Positions 51,330 through 64,000 of a DNA stretch of 64,000 nt are shown here, in pieces (the stretch's first letter is position 1; every line of letters starts with the position of its first letter). The stretch covers positions 13,587,653 through 13,651,652 of the forward strand of contig NC_069004.1 of the NCBI RefSeq assembly GCF_001194135.2, given 5' to 3'. Both the position numbers and the translations under genes were made by a program. The notes beneath the pieces are model-generated. The model was not told the origin of the DNA. It did no database searches and saw nothing but the letters and a program-made list of their open reading frames with translations. This DNA is from Octopus bimaculoides (lineage: Eukaryota).

Positions 51330-54300
51330 ATGTGGCAATTTGTCTGCTCCTCCCACTTTTAATCCTCACAGCTCCCCCACTAACACTAAGGAAAACCTCT
51401 CACCCACCATGAAAAACACTCAGTTAACACTGACTGAACAGACCTACAGTCTATAGCAAGTAGACCTTGTCCTGTCCTACACCAGGAAGATTTGGCTGGT
51501 TCTTTTTGCAGGTGGATTAACCATGTCGAGCTCATTGGTTCACTGACAAAACTGATTTAATGGGATAGCGATAGTAGTGTTGGCAATGGTGGTGAAAAGA
51601 CTAACCAGGAAGAAGTAAGAGTAAAAGACAAAAAGAAAAATGCCAACACAGATAGAGCAGAACTGCTGGAATGAAGACTATCTGAAAATTCTCAATTATT
51701 TTCACACCAATTTTTAATATTGTAGTTACATACATATATATTTTTGTATTCACAACTAAACTCAAAATTAATTTTGAAGATAATTGAAATTATCTCTGTC
51801 TTTCTCTTTCTAATGTTTTCCTGTAATTTTAATTCTATTTATTATATATATTTTTTATATTTATTTTAACCCTTTTTTGCCTCTGGTTCTAAATCATTCT
51901 TTTGAAGTGTTTTAATTAAACCTTACATCAAAATATATTTATGAATCATTTGTTTAGTCATGTTTCAAACTTCAATAAACGAAAAGTCATGTTACTAAAA
52001 TCCTTTCAATTCTTGATCATTTCCCAAATTAATAAGTATGGCTCTGTGGTTAAGAAAACCCCTTATTTAAACAAACAGCGAAGGGTTAGTGGCAGGAAGA
52101 GTATCTAACTGAAAAATAATGCCTTAATAACATATATTGTACAAGTATTCTGTGCTTATTTATACAAAATACCATAGAGAGTGCAACAGCACTCAACTAA
52201 AGCATTCATTATTTGAATACACATTGCTATTGTTATTTTGAATGGGAAGAGGGATGTGATTGCAGAATATAACAAAATAAACAAAATTAAGCAAAGAAAA
52301 ATAATTTGAATAAGCCAATTTTCCCTAAGTATGAGAACTAAATTTTTAATATTAATTTGTAATTTATTAAAACCATCTCCCCATTTCTTTGCAAGTCGCT
52401 AATGAATGCCACTAGGTTTTTGTTTACTGTCTCTCACAAATAGGAAAATTCTATTTATTAAGAATGCTTGGTGCATATTTATTATATGCATATACTTGAA
52501 TTATTTTGCAGAACACCACAGAAAATATTTACTATGAGAGTTGCCTTCCTTTACAACTTCTACGTCCATATTGAAAGCAGTTTGCTCAAGTATTCTGAGA
52601 CAGAGCAATAATGACAGAAACAGGTTTGAACCTGCGATCTATAAGGAGAAAGTTTATACCTTATCTACAGGGCCAGTAAGTAAACTAATCTTCTGATGGT
52701 TTCTAATACATGAATCAGAATCATGGAACATGGACAGCTCCTTCAATTATGAATTTGCTTCTCAACCACATGGTTCTAGGTTCATTCTTACTGTATGGCA
52801 CCTTGGGCAGGTGTCTACTATAGCCTCAGACTGACCAAAGCCTTATGAGTGGATTTTTGGTAGATGGAATCTGAAAGAAACCTGATGTGAGTGTATCAAC
52901 AAGTGTACAGTAAGGTCCAGATGATAGAGTTCCAATAGTGCAAAGTTCCAATGGTAATCTGGGTGGAGTGATGACAAGGTGGATAAGGAGAGATGGGGGG
53001 GTCCAAGAGAGGATGAAGTTCAGTCAGGCAAGATCAAACTGTGTTTGCATGTGCGTGTCTTTGTGTCTGTGTTTGCCCCTTGCCACTACTTGACAACCAG
53101 TGTTGGTGTGTTTATGTCCTCGTAACTTAGCAGTTTGGCAAACGAGACCAATAGAATAAGTACCAGGCTTTAAAAGAAAATAAGTATTAAGGTTAATTAG
53201 TTCAACTAAAATTCATCAAAGTGGTGCCCCAACATGGCAGCAGTCTAATGACTGAGACAAGTAAAAGAATAAAACTTTAGTCAGCCCAAGGTTGCTATGG
53301 GCTACACTTTATATTCCCAGCCTCAATTATACCCGGGGGTCTCTATTTCCCTCACTGCTCTTGCCGCACTTTCCCAGTGTCCTACAGATCCTACTTCTTT
53401 TCTTCTCAATGTCCTAACCCCACACCTTTTCTGCCACTTCAAGACATTCATTTCTACTCTGTCCCACCATCACAACATGTTACATCTCTCTTTTTCTCAC
53501 TAGCCCTTTCTCTCCAAAACCCCTACGCATCCTCGTCACACTCATCAATTTCTCTTTCATGTTCCCCTCCACTAGAAGGGAGCCACATGGTTCCAGGTTC
53601 AGTCCCACTGCATGAAACCTTGGGCAAGTGTCCTCTGCTAAAGCCTTGGGCTGACCAAAGCCTCATGAATGGATTTGATAAATGGAAAGTGAAAGAAGCC
53701 CATCATATGTGTGTGTGTCTTTCTGCTTGACAACTAACTGGTGTTGATGCATTTACATTCCTAAAACTTAGTGGTTTGGCGAAAGTGACCAATAGAATAA
53801 GTACCAGGCTTCAGAAGAAAATAAGTACCAGAGTCGATTAGTTCAACTAAAATTGTTCAAGGTGGTGCCCCAGCATAGCCACAGTCTAATGACTGAAACA
53901 AAATAAAGGATGTACATCATTTGGATCTTCATTGTCATACATAAATATATTCAGACATTTGGGTTGTTATAACATTTTCACCATTGTACACTCTGGTCTC
54001 CTCTAGGTGCCTTGTGGTTTCCAATAATGTTCTGAAAATTTGGAACCAAACTGCCTGTAACATTCATTGGGGGTGGATTGGTCTCATTCCATAGGTCATA
54101 TCAGGGATATTCTCCTTATTAGTTATTCTACTACCTGTGATGCTGCCAGTGTGTTGTTACAGTTCAACCAGAGTGAATTTTACTCGACTGAACCAGGAAC
54201 TTAACTCATGCCCACTGACTACATTGTCCAATTCCTCATCTCAGAAATTCTGACAATGAGCATGCTGTTGCTCGACCAAATGAATTACCTGCTCATTCAA

Positions 54301-54563
54301 TCACCATTAATTGGCTGAGTATTCCAAAGCACATAGACTGGATCCTTAATCTAATAATTAGGGAGAATCAACATAACACAGCGACAAGGCAGGACCTTTG
54401 AATTACAAATGCCTGTCCAACAGGTTTTCATGCAGAGAGACCCAAACACAGGAGCTCGTGTATACATATGTGTGTATGTCTGTATGTGTATATATGTGAG
54501 TCTATACATATGGAAGGATGTGTATGTGTATACACACACACACTGTATATAATTTAAATATTA

Positions 54564-54611
<48 letters not shown>

Positions 54612-55686
54612 TGAATAGACACATGGTTAAAAAAAGTTCACTTCCCAACCACATGGTTTCCACTCCAGCCCCACTGAGGGGCATCTTGGGTTAGTATCTT
54701 CTACAAATAGCTCAGGTCCAACCAAAAGAAGCCTGTTTCATACCCCCTACATACACATGCATTTGTATCTAAATTTGCTCTGTGTTTATTTGCAATTCTC
54801 TGAAGTTGCTGGGGTACAAGCAGTGACGTTGTTATTTTTCTTTGCTAAAAAGAATCGCCTACTGGATTTGTACCTTTAAANNNNNNNNNNNNNNNNNNNN
54901 NNNNNNNNNNNNNNNNNNNNNNNNNNNNNNNNNNNNNNNNNNNNNNNNNNNNNNNNNNNNNNNNNNNNNNNNNNNNNNNNNNNNNNNNNNNNNNNNNNNN
55001 NNNNNNNNNNNNNNNNNNNNNNNNNNNNNNNNNNNNNNNNNNNNNNNNNNNNNNNNNNNNNNNNNNNNNNNNNNNNNNNNNNNNNNNNNNNNNNNNNNNN
55101 NNNNNNNNNNNNNNNNNNNNNNNNNNNNNNNNNNNNNNNNNNNNNNNNNNNNNNNNNNNNNNNNNNNNNNNNNNNNNNNNNNNNNNNNNNNNNNNNNNNN
55201 NNNNNNNNNNNNNNNNNNNNNNNNNNNNNNNNNNNNNNNNNNNNNNNNNNNNNNNNNNNNNNNNNNNNNNNNNNNNNNNNNNNNNNNNNNNNNNNNNNNN
55301 NNNNNNNNNNNNNNNNNNNNNNNNNNNNNNNNNNNNNNNNNNNNNNNNNNNNNNNNNNNNNNNNNNNNNNNNNNNNNNNNNNNNNNNNNNNNNNNNNNNN
55401 NNNNNNNNNNNNNNNNNNNNNNNNNNNNNNNNNNNNNNNNNNNNNNNNNNNNNNNNNNNNNNNNNNNNNNNNNNNNNNNNNNNNNNNNNNNNNNNNNNNN
55501 NNNNNNNNNNNNNNNNNNNNNNNNNNNNNNNNNNNNNNNNNNNNNNNNNNNNNNNNNNNNNNNNNNNNNNNNNNNNNNNNNNNNNNNNNNNNNNNNNNNN
55601 NNNNNNNNNNNNNNNNNNNNNNNNNNNNNNNNNNNNNNNNNNNNNNNNNNNNNNNNNNNNNNNNNNNNNNNNNNNNNNNNNNNNNN

Positions 55687-55752
<66 letters not shown>

Positions 55753-56062
55753 CAGGATATTGTGTGTGTGTGTATATCTGCATGAGCATGCATATAGTAG
55801 TTTGTATGAATATATAGACACACAGGAGAATATATCTACATTCATAATAAATTCAGAAGACTGTTGTTAGGGAAGAAATGTGGGAGAAGTATATATGACA
55901 TTGGCAGAGCAGTGTAATCTTATAGAGTGAAATTTGAGGAGGGAAAGAGAAAGGTAAAGGAGAAGTAATGACTGTTTGGTCCACACTGCAGCACATGGTG
56001 TGTGTTGTCTCTTTGTCTAGATTTGGAAGATTGGCAGCTGTACACACATACACACATCTGTA

Positions 56063-56108
<46 letters not shown>

Positions 56109-56198
56109 TCACGTCATGTACCCAGTTATGTATCTATATGTACGTGTAGATGAACGTATATACATACACGTACATATATATGCATATACTCATATATT

Positions 56199-56250
<52 letters not shown>

Positions 56251-56397
56251 GTGTGTGTGTGTGTGTGTATGTGTGTGTGTGTGTGTATGTGTGTGTGTGG
56301 ATATATATATATGCATGCTTATGTATGTATTATTTAAGGTTGTGTTAACTAGCACAGTTACTTTTATGCTGTACCACTGACTTCAATCTATATATTT

Positions 56398-56436
<39 letters not shown>

Positions 56437-56460
56437 AAGTAATCTATGAATATATATATG
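55687..56460. repeat. Compound TG/TA microsatellite field adjoining a gap
   Basis: Seen directly. Confidence 0.93.
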
Positions 56461-59400
56461 CCAATGAGGGACCACCTATGAGACTGTTCAACTGCTAGAA
56501 ATAGTAGCCAAATCTAAGTCAAATCATACTCTCCATCCTAAAAATGGAATGAGACAGTGGATAATGTAGTACAATATACAGAGTATTTAAAAAGAAACAC
56601 AAGGGAATGATCACAGCTGGAAATAGGGTTGATATGCTCTGGTATGTTCAAAACAATGTGTTGTGTGTGAGTGTGTTTCTTCATTTTTACACATTCGTCT
56701 TTCTATGCATGCATGGAAAAGACGAATATATTATAGAAGCATAGCTTTATAGCCAGATGCTTTTCCTGTTGCTAAACCTTGTCTCATTTTTTTAAGTAAA
56801 GTATTAGTTATTCCATATGCTTATGAATGTGCACATCCAGCAAATGCTTAGAGGAAAAGAGAAATGACAATATCACTGCTTTTAATAGCTCGTGATTCTC
56901 AGATAAATGCAAATGTAAGCACAGAGAACACACACACAAAAAGGTTTCTTTCTATTTCCTTCTACTAAATCCATTATAGTAGAAGATACTTGCTTGAAAT
57001 GCCATACAATAGCATGGAGTTTGTAATCACTTGCAAGTAAGCTTCAGACAGTTATGCCTGTGCCTCTTGTTTTATATATGTATACATATATATATACATA
57101 TATAAGGGTTGGATGCCCTCCCTAATGCCAACCTCTTTACAAAGTGTACAAGGCACTTTTTACGTGACACCAACAGCAGTGCTTTTTATGTGGCACCATC
57201 ACCAACAGGGTCACCAAGCACTTTGCTAAACAAAAATCCCTCAACTGGCAGTGGGGGTTAATATTGAGGGGATATGGTTTTGTGCCAGTACAGATATTTA
57301 AGGTGGAGAAGGGACAGATGTTGATGTCTTGCTGTAGAGTAGATACATGGATACCCCAGTTGGTAAACAAAGGAGAGTGAATTAGAGAGTAACATAAAGA
57401 GAGTGATAGAGAGATGATGGCAAAGTGTGTCAGGACATGTCCTTGAAGAACATTGGGGAGGTGGGGTATAAGTGGGTTGGAAGCGTGGGAAGGATGGGGT
57501 GACTAGTAAATGTTGAAGAAAAATATAAGAGAGGCTAGTGGGGGTCACAGTAGATACATGAGGGTACTGAGGGCAACAGCAGGTAAGCAAGGAGTTGATA
57601 ATGGAGAGCAGCACAAAGAAGGAAGAGAAGGTGCAGAAAGGAGGGGTGTGTGGTGTGTGCCTATTCTACTCTCAGGTGATACAGGAAGCGGTGGGTGTCA
57701 GGCGATGAAAGTTGACAGAGAAGGGAGACAGAATGGAGGTAAGCATTACTAAGGGAGTTTTAAAAAATGTGAATAAATAAGCAGTACATTTGATAGAGTA
57801 ATCTGAATGTTAAAGGGTTAAACCTAATTCAGGTTTAGTGGACTGCTTTATGACAAAGTGCTAGGTCTTTATGTCACATGTTTATTGTACCATGACATAG
57901 AAGTGGCCATCAAGCAAAGTAATGACCACCACATTCAAATCAGTCCCAAATATCAAAGGAAATAAACTAGTGAATCCTGGATTATCGGACACATGCAATA
58001 TGGCTGCATAGTTAAGAAGTTCACTCCCCACCCCCAGGATATAAAACAATGAGTTGAAGGATGAGGTGCCCCAGTGAGTGATATGGCAAGTAAGCTGAGT
58101 GTAAGCATAAGGAATAACAGCGGCAACCAATGACCCCTTTTTGTCCCAAATTTCAAACTTTTCATTAACTCAGTAAATATCTTTTATCTTTTATTTCATT
58201 CAGTTGTTGCACTGTGACCATGCACCACCATGAAGGGTTTTTAGCCAAATGAACCAACTCCGGTACTTATTTTTTAAAGCCCAGTACTTAGTCTATTGGT
58301 CACTTTTGCCAAACTGCTAAGTGACAGGAGGCATAAACAAACCAACAAGAGTTGTCAAGCAGCGGTGGGGACAAACCCAAACAGAAAGACACACACACAT
58401 ACATGACTGGCTCCTATCAGCTTCCATCTACCAAATCCACACACAAGGATTTGGTTGGCTTGGGCTAAGACACTTGCCCAAGATGCCATGCAGTGGGACT
58501 GAACTGAGAACCATGTGATTAGGAAGAAAATATCTTACCACACAGCCCACAGCTATGCTCGTACCTTTATACAAGATATTTTTATATAAATCTTTTAGCT
58601 TGAAAGCACCAGTTAATGTGTTCTCTCAACAATGTTTACCGATTTTGCAGACATACATTGGCAAAAGACACACACACACACAGCCCCTTTTTTTTATTGC
58701 TTTCATAGACTACGACCATGCTGGGACACCACCTATAAAAGTTTATTCAATTATATCAATATTAGTACTTATTTTGTCTGGTACTATTTTATTGATCTCT
58801 ATATAATTGAAATGCCATTTAAGCAGCGTAAACGTAGACACGCCTACTGTTACACTTGTATCCATAGGCTTACACCTGTTCCATAGGCTTCCACACAATT
58901 TCCATTTACTAAATTTCACTCAAAAGATATTGGTCATGCTGAAGCTACTAAAGATGACACTAGCCCTTGATGTCACTGTGTAGGCACNNNNNNNNNNNNN
59001 NNNNNNNNNNNNNNNNNNNNNNNNNNNNNNNNNNNNNNNNNNNNNNNNNNNNNNNNNNNNNNNNNNNNNNNNNNNNNNNNNNNNNNNNNNNNNNNNNNNN
59101 NNNNNNNNNNNNNNNNNNNNNNNNNNNNNNNNNNNNNNNNNNNNNNNNNNNNNNNNNNNNNNNNNNNNNNNNNNNNNNNNNNNNNNNNNNNNNNNNNNNN
59201 NNNNNNNNNNNNNNNNNNNNNNNNNNNNNNNNNNNNNNNNNNNNNNNNNNNNNNNNNNNNNNNNNNNNNNNNNNNNNNNNNNNNNNNNNNNNNNNNNNNN
59301 NNNNNNNNNNNNNNNNNNNNNNNNNNNNNNNNNNNNNNNNNNNNNNNNNNNNNNNNNNNNNNNNNNNNNNNNNNNNNNNNNNNNNNNNNNNNNNNNNNNN

Positions 59401-59462
59401 NNNNNNNNNNNTATATATATATATATATCCACACACACATATAAATACACACAGACACATAC

Positions 59463-59499
<37 letters not shown>

Positions 59500-59692
59500 C
59501 GTGTGCATGCGGGGGCGGGGAAGAAGTTTGCTTCCCAACCACAAGATTCTGGGTTCAGCAATAGAGACTGACAGAATAAGTACCAGGCTTAAATAAAAAA
59601 TAAGTACTGGGGTTGATTAGTTCAATAAAAATTCTTCACGGTAATGCCCCAGCATGGCTGCAGTCTAACAACTGAAACAAGTTAAAAGGTAA

Positions 59693-59732
<40 letters not shown>

Positions 59733-60050
59733 ATATATATTATTATTATTATCATCATTAATTCACTTAGGCATAGCAACACTAATAATCTGGTGTTAGA
59801 ACTCAAGATAACAATGCTTCAGAACAAAGAACTGAGCAGTGATAAGTAGTTGAATAGATGACATGGAAATAAGAAATTGTCATGTTTCATTAGCTTACAA
59901 CTTTTTCTGCTATAAAATGCAATGCACTCAAAGTTGAGCCTTATGTATCAATGTATCATCCCATAGCGTCATCAGAGCTTCAAAACCAAAATGCAATTTT
60001 ATTTGGGAAAGCATTATGTTGGAAATAAAATAGTATATATATATATATAT

Positions 60051-60202
60051 ATATATGCTTTATTTAAAAGCAGCAGAAATATAACAAAAAAACCGTTACT
60101 CTGAGTTTCACGTTCCCGTTCATTGGACAGTTTTGAACGGGAACGTGAAACTCAGAGTAACGTTTTTTTGTTATATTTCTGCTGTTTTTAAATAAAGCAT
60201 AT
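60051..60202. repeat. Near-perfect hairpin of about 150 bp (arms about 70 bp, loop about 11 nt)
   Basis: atatgctttatttaaaagcagcagaaatataac...cgttcccgttca pairs with tgaacgggaacg...gttatatttctgctgtttttaaataaagcatat. Confidence 0.9.
60089..60134 (-). ncRNA. Compact (46 nt) type I hammerhead ribozyme-like motif with a degenerate core
   Basis: AAAACUGU-CCAAUGA-ACG-GGAA-CGU-GAAA-C-UCAGA-G-UA-ACGGUUUU. Stem I is 8 bp with one GU pair, stem II is 3 bp with a GGAA loop, and stem III is the palindrome ACUC-A-GAGU. The core is CCAAUGA instead of CUGANGA. Confidence 0.6.
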
Positions 60203-63194
60203 TACTCTACCTCTGGTATTTGAGTACTCTTTTTTCCACCTTGTTGCACATTTCATGTGCTTACTCCAGTATATATATATATATGTATATTTTTCATTTT
60301 CATTTTATCTAGTTTCAGCTCATGAGCTGTGGCCATGCTGGGGCACCGCCATTTGGTGTTGCTACACAATTTTACTTCAGGAATTGACATTTGGTGCATG
60401 AGAGAGTTTGATGCTGGGACACCACCTATAAAAGTTTATTCAATTATATCAATATTAGTACTTATTTTGTCTGGTACTATTTTATTGATCTCTATATAAT
60501 TGAAATGCCATTTAAGCAGCGTAAACGTAGACACGCCTACTGTTACACTTGTATCCATAGGCTTACACCTGTTCCATAGGCTTCCACACAATTTCCATTT
60601 ACTAAATTTCACTCAAAAGATATTGGTCATGCTGAAGCTACTAAAGATGACACTAGCCCTTGATGTCACTGTGTAGGCACAAACCCAAAAGCAAGTGGTT
60701 GCAAAGTGAACCTTTCAACTATATAGCAATGCCTGAGCATATATTTATAAATAATAGTTTCCTGTCCAGCCATGTCATTCAAGAAACTCTCCTTTCTAAT
60801 GCATCTGATGTTGCTGAATTGCCAATCTAATCTCTAAAAACACCATGTGACTGGCCTTGACCAATAGCAGCCCATTTTCCAGTAGCCATCTGACACTTCT
60901 TCATTCAGTAATCTAAGCTTCAACAAGACGGGTTTCTGTTAGAAGCCTACAAAACTAAGTTGCATGGACCTGTATCAAACTGTTTTAGATAACAACACAT
61001 GTAAATCTGACTAAATGTGTTATGTGCCTGTTTAATTCATTTGTCCACTCACTCCATAAGCACATAGTTTTGAGTCCCATCTCACAGAAAGCACCTCAGG
61101 TGAGTGTCATCTACTGAAGTCTCAGGCCAACCAATGCCTTGTGAGAGGAATTGCTACACAGAAAATGTATTGGAACCAGTTGTCTGTGTGTGTGTGTGTG
61201 TGTATTTATATATATGTACATGTGCGTATATGTATATATATGTTACGTGTCTCAATGAATGCTTACATTCTGTGTCTTCACATGAAACTGCTTGAGCAAA
61301 GAGAAAATGGCAACATATTGATATTCTGTGTTAACAAATGATTCTGCAGCTTTGTGGTCTTCAAGATAGATTGGAACAAAATCCCCTTCTTAAAAAAACA
61401 TGTAGGGGTCAGTGTCTATCAGGAATGGCACCCGACTGTTAAATAATGCCTCAATAACAAGTATTCAACCAACTCATCTCAGCATGGAATAACAGAGGTA
61501 AAACAGAAAAATGAATGAACACCAAAAATTTTTGTTCCCTTTAGCGTTTGACTTAACAAAAGTTAATTGGGGGTAAGAGACTCTGGGCAGGTCATGGTGA
61601 ACTGCAGCTCAGTTGAAATTGCTTGAAGGAGGATATTTAATCCAGTCAAGCAGTTCTGAAGTAACACAGGATTTAAGCCCATCTGTGTTATGTCCTTGTT
61701 CTACTACATGTGTTCTGTTGCTATATACTGACCCATGATGAACTGGATGTATAATATATCTACAAGATGTGTGGTAAAAAGTTTACTTCCCAACCACATG
61801 GTTCTAGGTTTCTGTGCTACAGAGTGACAGCCTGGGCAAGTGACTTCTACTACAGCTCCAAAGCCTTGTGAGTGGATTTGGCAGACAGAAACTGAAAGAA
61901 GCCCAAGGTATAGAGAGAGACTGACACTCCAGCAATTACAATGACAAAGGTTCCAATTGATCCAATCAATGAAACAGCCTGCTCATGAAATTAACATGCA
62001 AGTGGTTGAGTACTTCACAGACACAAGTACCCTTAACATAGTTCTCGGGGAGATTCAGCAAGACACAGAATGTGACACGGTTACCTCTTTGAATTACAGG
62101 TACAACTCATCTTTGCCAGCTGAGTGGACTGGAGCAACATAAAATAAAGTGTCTTGCTCAAGGACATAATGTGCCACTGAGAATTGAACTCAAACTCATG
62201 ATTATGAGTCAAATACCCTAACAACCAAGCCACGCACCTATATATGTGTGTGTGTGTGGTGTCTCCCCACCCTACTGCTGGATAACCAGTGTTGGCTTGT
62301 TTATGACCCTGTAACTTAGCAATTAGTCATAAGAGACTGATAGAATAAGAACCAGGTGTTTTAAAAAATATGTACTGGGGTTCATTTGTTCGACTAAACC
62401 CTTCAAGGCAGTGCCCCAGCATGGCCACAGTCCAATGACTGGAACAAGTAATAGATAAAAAATAACCATGCTACTCAAATTTGACCATATTCATCTCTGG
62501 CTGAAGAGATTTATTCTCAAACACCATACCATATGCTTACACTCCTTGATTAAGGCAATATACATGCATCTCTGTTTAGTATGATATTACAAGACTCCTT
62601 AAGGCAGATAGCTGACAGAACCATTAGCATACTGGGCAAAATGTTAAATGGTATTTCATCCATCTTTATGTTCTAGGTTCACATTCTGCTGAGGTCAACT
62701 TGTCTTTCATCCTTTCAGCATCAATAAAATATTTACCAGTTGAGTGCTGAGGTCGATGTAATCGGCTTTCCCCTACCCTCGAAATTGCTGGCCTTGTGCC
62801 AAAATTTGAAACCGGTATTACAAGATTCTTTCCTTGAATTGGATTTCCATTATTATACACAAATTGTCATCAAAGCTCTAATTGATTTTTAATTAAGAAC
62901 TCTCTCAATGAAAGATCTCTGCTTTAAATTAGTTGATATGTGTAACATGAAAGCACATGTATATCTGTTATCTATATAAAAATATACATAGTACATGGGT
63001 ACTCAACAATGTACTATGTCTGTGTGTGTGTATGTATATATATACACACACACACATATACACATACACTCACTCACACACACGTGCACACATGATTATA
63101 TAGACGAGATGTCGCCTTTATATTTGTTTAATAACACGCTGGTGCCAGGAACCTGTGTAGTAACTGAAAGTAATGTGTGCAATGTATAAGACTG

Positions 63195-63437
63195 TGCTGA
63201 CTGTTGAAGTGGTGGTGGTGGTGATAGTAGCAATAGTAGTAGTAGTAACTATTAAAAAAAAAAAAGTTGTGATACCAGTAGTAAGTGTAGTAGTAACAGC
63301 AGTGGGAATGGTGGTAGTAGCATTAGTAGTGGTTGTGGTGACAGTAGTAGTAGTAAAGAGTGGCAGAACAGTTGTAAGGGAAAGGGGCAAGGGTAACTAT
63401 AATAGTAACCTTGGAGCCGCAGTAGTAACAGTGGTAT

Positions 63438-63469
<32 letters not shown>

Positions 63470-63640
63470 GTTATGTTGACATAAGTAATTAAAAAAAAAT
63501 AGTGAGATAGTATCAGCAGTTGAAGTTGGGCTGGTGCTAGTAGTTTGTGGTAACAGTAGAAGAAAATGGTGGTGGTAGTTTCAATGGCAGTAGTGGTGAT
63601 TGGTATCACAAGTATTAGTAACTGTAGTAGTTAGTGATAG
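63195..63640. repeat. Degenerate (GTA)n/(GTG)n low-complexity tract
   Basis: gtagtagta and gtggtggtg runs give the poly-V and poly-T ORFs. Confidence 0.9.
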
Positions 63641-63947
63641 TTAAGTGGTCAGTCAATTATTCATGGTCACCATGCGCGCACACACACACACACACACTTC
63701 ACCTTACTCAGGTTTATATGTATTTTACAATACACAGATTATTTTTATACTACTACCACTACCAAATATCATTACTCCCACAACTACATGTTCTATTATT
63801 TACTATAACCATTAATAAGATAGCGCAACTAAACTTTTACCAAAACAACAAAACCATGACTACTCAACGATCAATGCCAAGGGATTTTAGTCCAGCAAAT
63901 AATCAACCAACCAACCAACAGATCAATCGATTAATCAATCAATATAT

Positions 63948-64000
<53 letters not shown>

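Larger units (their letters stand above)
58718..60680 (+). repeat. 270-bp direct duplication (58718-58987 = 60411-60680), identical by eye
   Basis: atgctgggacaccacc...gtgtaggcac occurs twice, and the first copy ends exactly at the N-gap starting at 58988. Confidence 0.9.
50340..62460. mobile_element. Additional scattered family A SINE copies (about 50340-50635 -, 52750-53275 +, 53575-53910 +, 58190-58550 -, 59495-59690 +, 61765-61910 +, 62225-62460 +); the span is not one element
   Basis: All show the recurring core and tail sequences of family A. Confidence 0.75.

Noticed and set aside
52531-52570. Minus-strand exon candidate ILEQTAFNMDVEV
   Set aside because: No recognisable homology, an ambiguous donor, and its apparent downstream partner is transposon-derived.
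52688-52715. Minus-strand VLETIR resembling the end of DOT1L exon 2 (EIIETIR)
   Set aside because: No GT donor follows the AG, and the upstream residues do not match DOT1L.
54752-54836. Minus-strand 90-nt-scale exon candidate QRKITTSLLVPQQLQRIANKHRANLDTNAC next to a gap
   Set aside because: No homology recognised and no phase-compatible partner exon could be supported.

Overview
AT-rich, repeat-dense animal genomic DNA with nine N-gaps and very many (TA)n/(CA)n/(TACA)n/(AAT)n tracts. The tRNA-derived SINE families and microsatellite load point to a coleoid cephalopod, most likely Octopus (inference). The one well-supported gene is DOT1L (histone H3K79 methyltransferase) on the minus strand. 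Eight GT-AG coding exons between 19399 and 92 splice in frame (628 nt) and give WACEDFPDLK...VYGETSF...DLGSGVGQ...VIFVNNFAFGPQVDHQ. The gene continues off the left edge, and its first two coding exons were not found. The rest is mostly intronic or intergenic transposon-derived DNA: several SINE families, piggyBac-like and hAT-like MITEs (often nested), maT/Tc1-mariner relics, a LINE RT fragment, a composite Helitron and a Helentron-type element. The most interesting observation is two unrelated inverted-repeat elements (about 4650-5095 and 60051-60202) whose arms contain minimal type I hammerhead ribozyme motifs of the Penelope-like/retrozyme kind. One lies inside a DOT1L intron with a copy in pre-mRNA sense. 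All hammerhead copies carry point changes, so activity is unproven. Repeat boundaries are approximate and family names were assigned by eye, not by database search. Almost all ORFs in the supplied track are microsatellite, gap or repeat artefacts.
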